DNA of 64,000 nucleotides from Candidatus Latescibacterota bacterium (GTDB lineage Bacteria; Latescibacterota; UBA2968): NCBI GenBank assembly GCA_965116885.1, contig OZ220741.1, positions 5,024,001 to 5,088,000 of the forward strand, read 5' to 3'. Shown piece by piece: positions 59,252 to 64,000 of this stretch (position 1 is its first letter; each line of letters starts with the position of its first letter). The notes under the pieces were generated by a model. It saw only the letters and a program-made list of their open reading frames with translations, ran no database searches and was not told where the DNA came from. The position numbers and the translations under genes were made by a program.

Positions 59252-60400
59252 ATGAAAACCGAACTCACCAGACTCGATTTGGCCTGCTGGGGCGGGTTTA
59301 TGATGTTTGCCACCAGCGGTGTCGTCACCCCGATATGCCTGCCCGAAATATCCAGAACCCTGTCCATCTCCCTCTCTGAAAGCGGCGGTCTGGAAACCGC
59401 GCGAACATGTCTTTTGCTCGTCGTCTTAATCCTGTCCGGCATCCTCGCGCGCAAATGGGGGAAAAAACATTTTGTGACCTGGGGACAATATCTCCTCGCC
59501 ATCGGCCTTCTCATGATCAGCTATGCCGACAGCTATCCCATGCTCATCCTATCCCTCATGGTCACTGGCATCGGCGGTGGATTCACCGAAGCCCTCATCA
59601 ATCCCCTCGTCATCGACATTCACCCCAAAGACTCGGGCAAATACCTCAACATCACCAACGCCTTTTACCCCGTCGGCGTCATGGTCTCCGCACTCCTCTT
59701 TGGCGAACTCCTGACCCTCGGATATTCCTGGCGACTCGTGTTTCGCATCGCTGCAGCGGGTGCGCTTTTCATGGGCGTCTCATTCCACCTATCGCGTTTT
59801 CCCATACCCGTAGCAGATCAGCAATCATCCAAACACCTGATTGCACAAATTCTCAAAACGCCCAAATTTTGGCTCTTTGCCATCGCCATATTTTTGGGCG
59901 CAGGTGTCGAAGCGGCATTCACATTCTGGAGCCGCAGCTATGTAGAAACCTATCTACAAGACATGCCCCGCGCCGGTGCAATCGCAGTTGTCCTCTTTGC
60001 GATCACAATGGCACTGGGCCGCTTACTCTCTGCAAAATTGTCCCAAATAATCAGCCTGAAAACCCTGATGCTCGGTTCCGCTATCCTCGGTGTCGTCGTC
60101 AGCAGCGGCATTCCCTTCTCCGAAAACCTGATCGGATTTTACATCCTGCTCCTTTTCGCTGGATTTGCAACCGCCTGCTTCTGGCCCACCATACTCGCCG
60201 AAGCCGCGGAACACTTGTCCTTTGACACCACCATGCTCTTTGTCGTACTCGCCTGCTTTGGCATTGCCGGATTTGGCCTCATCCCCTATATCATGGGCGT
60301 CATCGGAGACAGCGCTGGCCTGAAAGCGGGTTTCTCTGTTATCCCCGGTCTCTTTATCGGCTTGATCGTTGTCTTGGCTTTCACGGAACGTAGAGCGTAA
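59252..60400 (+). CDS. MFS transporter
   Basis: About 12 TM helices; GILARKWGKK loop motif; start adjusted to MKTEL. Confidence 0.88.
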   Translation: MKTELTRLDLACWGGFMMFATSGVVTPICLPEISRTLSISLSESGGLETARTCLLLVVLILSGILARKWGKKHFVTWGQYLLAIGLLMISYADSYPMLILSLMVTGIGGGFTEALINPLVIDIHPKDSGKYLNITNAFYPVGVMVSALLFGELLTLGYSWRLVFRIAAAGALFMGVSFHLSRFPIPVADQQSSKHLIAQILKTPKFWLFAIAIFLGAGVEAAFTFWSRSYVETYLQDMPRAGAIAVVLFAITMALGRLLSAKLSQIISLKTLMLGSAILGVVVSSGIPFSENLIGFYILLLFAGFATACFWPTILAEAAEHLSFDTTMLFVVLACFGIAGFGLIPYIMGVIGDSAGLKAGFSVIPGLFIGLIVVLAFTERRA

Positions 60401-60432
60401 TTAACAAAGCCAAGGAATTCCGCCTTACTCCC

Positions 60433-60460
60433 CGGGCGGGCACAGGGGCACCGCCCCTAC
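60433..60460 (-). repeat. GTAG-type REP-like palindrome
   Basis: CGGGCGGGCACAGGGGCACCGCCCCTAC, two substitutions relative to the 23275 copies. Confidence 0.75.
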
Positions 60461-60478
60461 TATGCATTGATTCGCCAA

Positions 60479-62002
60479 TCACCCCGGCGGCCAAACTGTT
60501 TTTTTCGTATATGCCTCTTTCAGATCGCGCCAATACCGCCTGCCCTTGTGAACCAGATTTGTCGGCGCAAACCGCTTGTTCAAACCCTTCTCGTGACTCG
60601 ACCGCCCCGTATCGGTTCGATATTGCAATGTGAACCGCATCAACTGTGCGAGCAAATCAAAACGCACATCTGCATATTCTGGATCGGCCCAAACATTCGC
60701 GATCTCACCCGGATCTTCGCGGTGATCGTACAACTCTCCCTCATCCAGGCTCCCGTAAAACACCAGCCGAAAATCGCGCGTGCGAATCGCCGACACCTTG
60801 CCCCCGGGATTGCCCCAATCCCACTCGCAAAATGCCGCGTCTTTGCCATCTGCCCTGCCATTCACAATGGGAACCAAATCGCGCCCATCGCGCCCATCGG
60901 GAATGGGAATATCGCAGAGACGACACAGTGTGGGATACCAATCGACCGATTCGACAATCGCATCACATGTCGCGCCCGATGGACCACCCGGATAGCGCAA
61001 GACAAAAGGAATGCGGTGAATAGAATCGTAAATTCCAAAATTCTTGTGAAACAACCCGTGGTCACCCGCAAAATCCCCGTGATCCGCGCAATACAACACC
61101 ACGGTATTCTCCAACTCTCCCACCTCGTCCAGATAATCCAGCACCCGCCCAATTTCGGAATCAATCGCCGTAATCAGCGCGTAATAACTCGCCAAACAAC
61201 GCTTCAAACGATCGGGATTTGGATCAGCCAGCGGATACCCACACCCATCGGCCAACCGCTCTTGCATAAACTCGGGCTTGCTCGCAAAGCGACGCTCAAA
61301 ATAATCAACCGCACTATCGGGCAACACCATCTCATCGGGATTGTACATATCAAAATGCTCTGCCGCAGGCGCGATCGGCGCATGGGGCCTTTGAAAACTC
61401 ATGTGCAGAAAGAAAGGCCGCTCATCGTCCCGCTCCTTCAAAAACGCCAGCGACTCATTGCCCGTATAATGCTCAATCGAATGCTGGTATGGCAGTTTGG
61501 CTGGCGCACTGCCATCCATTGTATATTCCTGCCCGGGTCTGGCCGAGCCTTCCTCGTAAAAATCCGACAACCCCAGATCTTCCAGATACTTAAAATAGTG
61601 CGTCTCGGTTGGATCCAAATGCGTCGCATCGCACAAATCCGTATATCGGATGCGCTCAAAACCATCTTCATCCCAGCGTCGAACCATGTGCGCCTTGCCA
61701 ATCACAGCCGTTTGATACCCGTATCTCCGAAACTGACACGCCAGCGTATTGGGATTCGCCTCGGGAATCTCCGAATGATCATTGCCAAACATCCGATGCG
61801 TATGGCAATACTGCCCGGTCATAAAACAGATCCGCGACGGCGAGCAAATCGGATTATTGCAAAAAGCGCGTGTAAACACCACCCCCTCATCCGCAATACG
61901 GTCCATATTTGGGGTCCTGACATTTGGATGCGCTGCAAATCCCGTGCAATTGGCATTGTGCTGATCCGACATCAGCCACAACACATTGGGTCTTCTCGCC
62001 AT
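60479..62002 (-). CDS. Sulfatase (Cys-type)
   Basis: PNVLWLMSDQH, CSPSR, GKAH, RPH, ADHG, ELYD..EDP.E; AGGAG RBS; start adjusted to MARRPN. Confidence 0.93.
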   Translation of the reverse strand: MARRPNVLWLMSDQHNANCTGFAAHPNVRTPNMDRIADEGVVFTRAFCNNPICSPSRICFMTGQYCHTHRMFGNDHSEIPEANPNTLACQFRRYGYQTAVIGKAHMVRRWDEDGFERIRYTDLCDATHLDPTETHYFKYLEDLGLSDFYEEGSARPGQEYTMDGSAPAKLPYQHSIEHYTGNESLAFLKERDDERPFFLHMSFQRPHAPIAPAAEHFDMYNPDEMVLPDSAVDYFERRFASKPEFMQERLADGCGYPLADPNPDRLKRCLASYYALITAIDSEIGRVLDYLDEVGELENTVVLYCADHGDFAGDHGLFHKNFGIYDSIHRIPFVLRYPGGPSGATCDAIVESVDWYPTLCRLCDIPIPDGRDGRDLVPIVNGRADGKDAAFCEWDWGNPGGKVSAIRTRDFRLVFYGSLDEGELYDHREDPGEIANVWADPEYADVRFDLLAQLMRFTLQYRTDTGRSSHEKGLNKRFAPTNLVHKGRRYWRDLKEAYTKKTVWPPG

Positions 62003-62105
62003 AAATTTCTCCTTTCGCAGTGTATGTGTTTGCAGACTATGAGATAAAGCATTAAATTGTCTCTGTTTAATGAAAATAAATTGATCTTTTGCAGAGGAAA
62101 ACACC

Positions 62106-63455
62106 ATGTTTTTTGACAACATCGCGCTCGGCGTACCCAAAATTTTGCTCCCAAATCCCGAAATCGATTGCAACAAATGGGCAGTCATTGCCTGTGACCA
62201 GTATGTACACGACATATCGTATTGGGAAGAAGTCAAAAGCATCGTAGGAGACACGCCATCAACCCTGGACCTCATCTATCCCGAAGTCTATCTCTACGAC
62301 GACGAACACGAAGAACGCATTGCCAGCGTACACAACAACATGAAACACTTTGTCACCGATGGCATTTTTCGCGACGAAACCGAAGGCTTTTTGCTCGTCA
62401 ATCGCGTTCTGCCTTCTGGAAAATCGCGCAAAGGACTCGTCGTAACCCTCGACCTCGAGCATTACGACAGCCGCAGCCAGTCCAAAACCCTCATCCGCAC
62501 AACCGAGGGCACCTATCCCAAAAATCTCGAAGCGCGTTTTGAAGTTCGGGGCAACGCCTCCCTCGAATCACCGCATATTTTAGTACTCATCGACGATCCC
62601 AAAAAAGAAATTATCGAACCCCTCTTTGACGAAAACCATCCCAAGATCGTCGATTTCGAACTCATGATGAATGGAGGACAACTCAAATATCACTTAATCG
62701 ACAACCAAAAAGACATTGCACGCATTGCCCAAAAACTCGCCAAACGCATTGAACCCGATTACATCCATCAGAAGTACGGCGTCGAAAACGAAACACTCCT
62801 CTACGCCATGGGCGATGGCAACCACTCATTTGCCGCCGCGCAAAAAGCGTGGGAAAAAACCAAATCAACACGCAATGATACACAACGCACAGCACAACAT
62901 CCGGCCAGACACGCCATGGTCGAACTGATCAATCTGCACGACGACGCGATAGATATAGAGCCAATCCACAGACTGATCACCCGCGTTGATCCAAAAACCA
63001 CCTGCAACACCCTCGTCACACTGCTCAACACATCGGGCACCCGGGCACGCCTGGAAAAAGTCTCATCCCCCGACGCGCAACATCGTCGCACCGCAGCCCT
63101 ATCATCTGCATCCACCCATTGCCTCCCCTATCGCGCCGCGGGAGACCTGGGCATACTTGTAATCGAAGAACCATCTCAAAGAACCATACCCGAAACAATG
63201 GAAGCCGCGCTCGACCTGTTCACGCGAGAAAACACCGAAGCCGAAGTCGGATTTATCCACGGCGAAGACGTAATCGACGACCTCGGCAACAAACCCGACG
63301 CCCTCGGTTTTTACATGCCTCCCATTTCAAAGGACAGCGTCTTCGAATCCATTGTCCGCTACGGCGCATATCCCCGCAAATCCATATCCATTGGACACGC
63401 AGACGAAAAGCGTTACTATATGGAATGTCGAAGCCTTGTCCGTACTAAACGATAA
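62106..63455 (+). CDS. DUF1015 family protein
   Basis: KWAVIACDQY, IRTTEGT, YAMGDGNHS, EPIHR, PRKS.SIG....KRYYMECR. Confidence 0.88.
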   Translation: MFFDNIALGVPKILLPNPEIDCNKWAVIACDQYVHDISYWEEVKSIVGDTPSTLDLIYPEVYLYDDEHEERIASVHNNMKHFVTDGIFRDETEGFLLVNRVLPSGKSRKGLVVTLDLEHYDSRSQSKTLIRTTEGTYPKNLEARFEVRGNASLESPHILVLIDDPKKEIIEPLFDENHPKIVDFELMMNGGQLKYHLIDNQKDIARIAQKLAKRIEPDYIHQKYGVENETLLYAMGDGNHSFAAAQKAWEKTKSTRNDTQRTAQHPARHAMVELINLHDDAIDIEPIHRLITRVDPKTTCNTLVTLLNTSGTRARLEKVSSPDAQHRRTAALSSASTHCLPYRAAGDLGILVIEEPSQRTIPETMEAALDLFTRENTEAEVGFIHGEDVIDDLGNKPDALGFYMPPISKDSVFESIVRYGAYPRKSISIGHADEKRYYMECRSLVRTKR

Positions 63456-63495
63456 TATATGATGATTTCAATAGCAATTCAGATGTGGGAGATAT

Positions 63496-64000
63496 ATGAC
63501 TGAGCTATACGACATGATCATTGTTGGCGCGGGGCCAGCAGGCGCAACAGCGGCGTTATACGCCCATCGCGCGGGCCTCAATGTCTGTCTGGTAGATAAG
63601 GCGAGATTCCCTCGGGATAAAATCTGTGGCGATGCGCTATCGGGCAAAGTCGTGTCGATTTTGCACGAACTCGACTTGTTCGACCAGATCGCGCGATTGC
63701 CTGGCGCGACCATTCGAGAAGTCGTATTTGGCAGCCCGAATCACGTGGATGCGCGCGTGGATCTGCGACGGTATGACCACCGGGATCAGGCCACGGGCAA
63801 AATACTGCCAATGGAAGGATTTGTGATCCGGCGCGAGGTACTGGATAATTTTCTCTTCCAAGAAGCGAAAAAAGTTGCGAACACCTGTTATGAGGGCTTT
63901 ACCGTTAAAGACCTGATACGAGAAAACGATCAAATTGTGGGCGTGCGCGGCGTGGTGGATGGCCGAGAACGCGAAATACGGAGCCGCGTCGTGCTCGGCT
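63496..64000 (+). CDS. Geranylgeranyl reductase family FAD oxidoreductase (partial, runs off the window)
   Basis: My translation: MTELYDMIIVGAGPAGATAALYAHRAGLNVCLVDKARFPRDKICGDAL...IRREVLDNFL. Confidence 0.88.
   Translation, partial: MTELYDMIIVGAGPAGATAALYAHRAGLNVCLVDKARFPRDKICGDALSGKVVSILHELDLFDQIARLPGATIREVVFGSPNHVDARVDLRRYDHRDQATGKILPMEGFVIRREVLDNFLFQEAKKVANTCYEGFTVKDLIRENDQIVGVRGVVDGREREIRSRVVLG

Noticed and set aside
60467..62047. 526-aa plus-strand ORF
   Set aside because: Antisense shadow of the motif-complete sulfatase; no recognisable domain.

Overview
A 64-kb bacterial chromosomal window from a diderm. Its content suggests a sponge/host-associated Latescibacterota- or Poribacteria-like organism (inference from the sulfatases, PhyH dioxygenase, WD40/FN3/cadherin/CARDB proteins and EF-hand/dockerin-like tags). 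Left part: partial M42 peptidase, a lone RND permease, a tandemly duplicated exported M16 peptidase pair, Gfo/Idh/MocA-msrA-Omp85, and a GH29 fucosidase/TonB-receptor sugar cluster. 19.7-27.3 kb: a defence/toxin-antitoxin patch (PD-(D/E)XK nuclease, higBA relic, reversed hicB-hicA, AAA-DUF4143 ATPase, orphan McrC-like nuclease, FitA-like antitoxin coupled to a HAD phosphatase). 30.9-47.2 kb: a heavily rearranged surface-protein region with an AraC regulator carrying a pseudo-receiver, a thrice-repeated operator-like motif, a lipoprotein trio and three proteins with an EF-hand/dockerin-like tag (WD40, giant adhesin-metalloprotease, clostripain-like). 47.5-57.7 kb, the best candidate for an undescribed system: six co-oriented envelope genes combining three Omp85 barrels, two exported HipA/PI3K-like kinase folds, a patatin, DUF4956 and an SdiA-regulated/phytase-like propeller. 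Right end: two sulfatases, MFS, DUF1015 and a partial geranylgeranyl-reductase-family gene. No rRNA, tRNA or CRISPR array was recognised. All family calls come from motif recognition by eye, not database searches.
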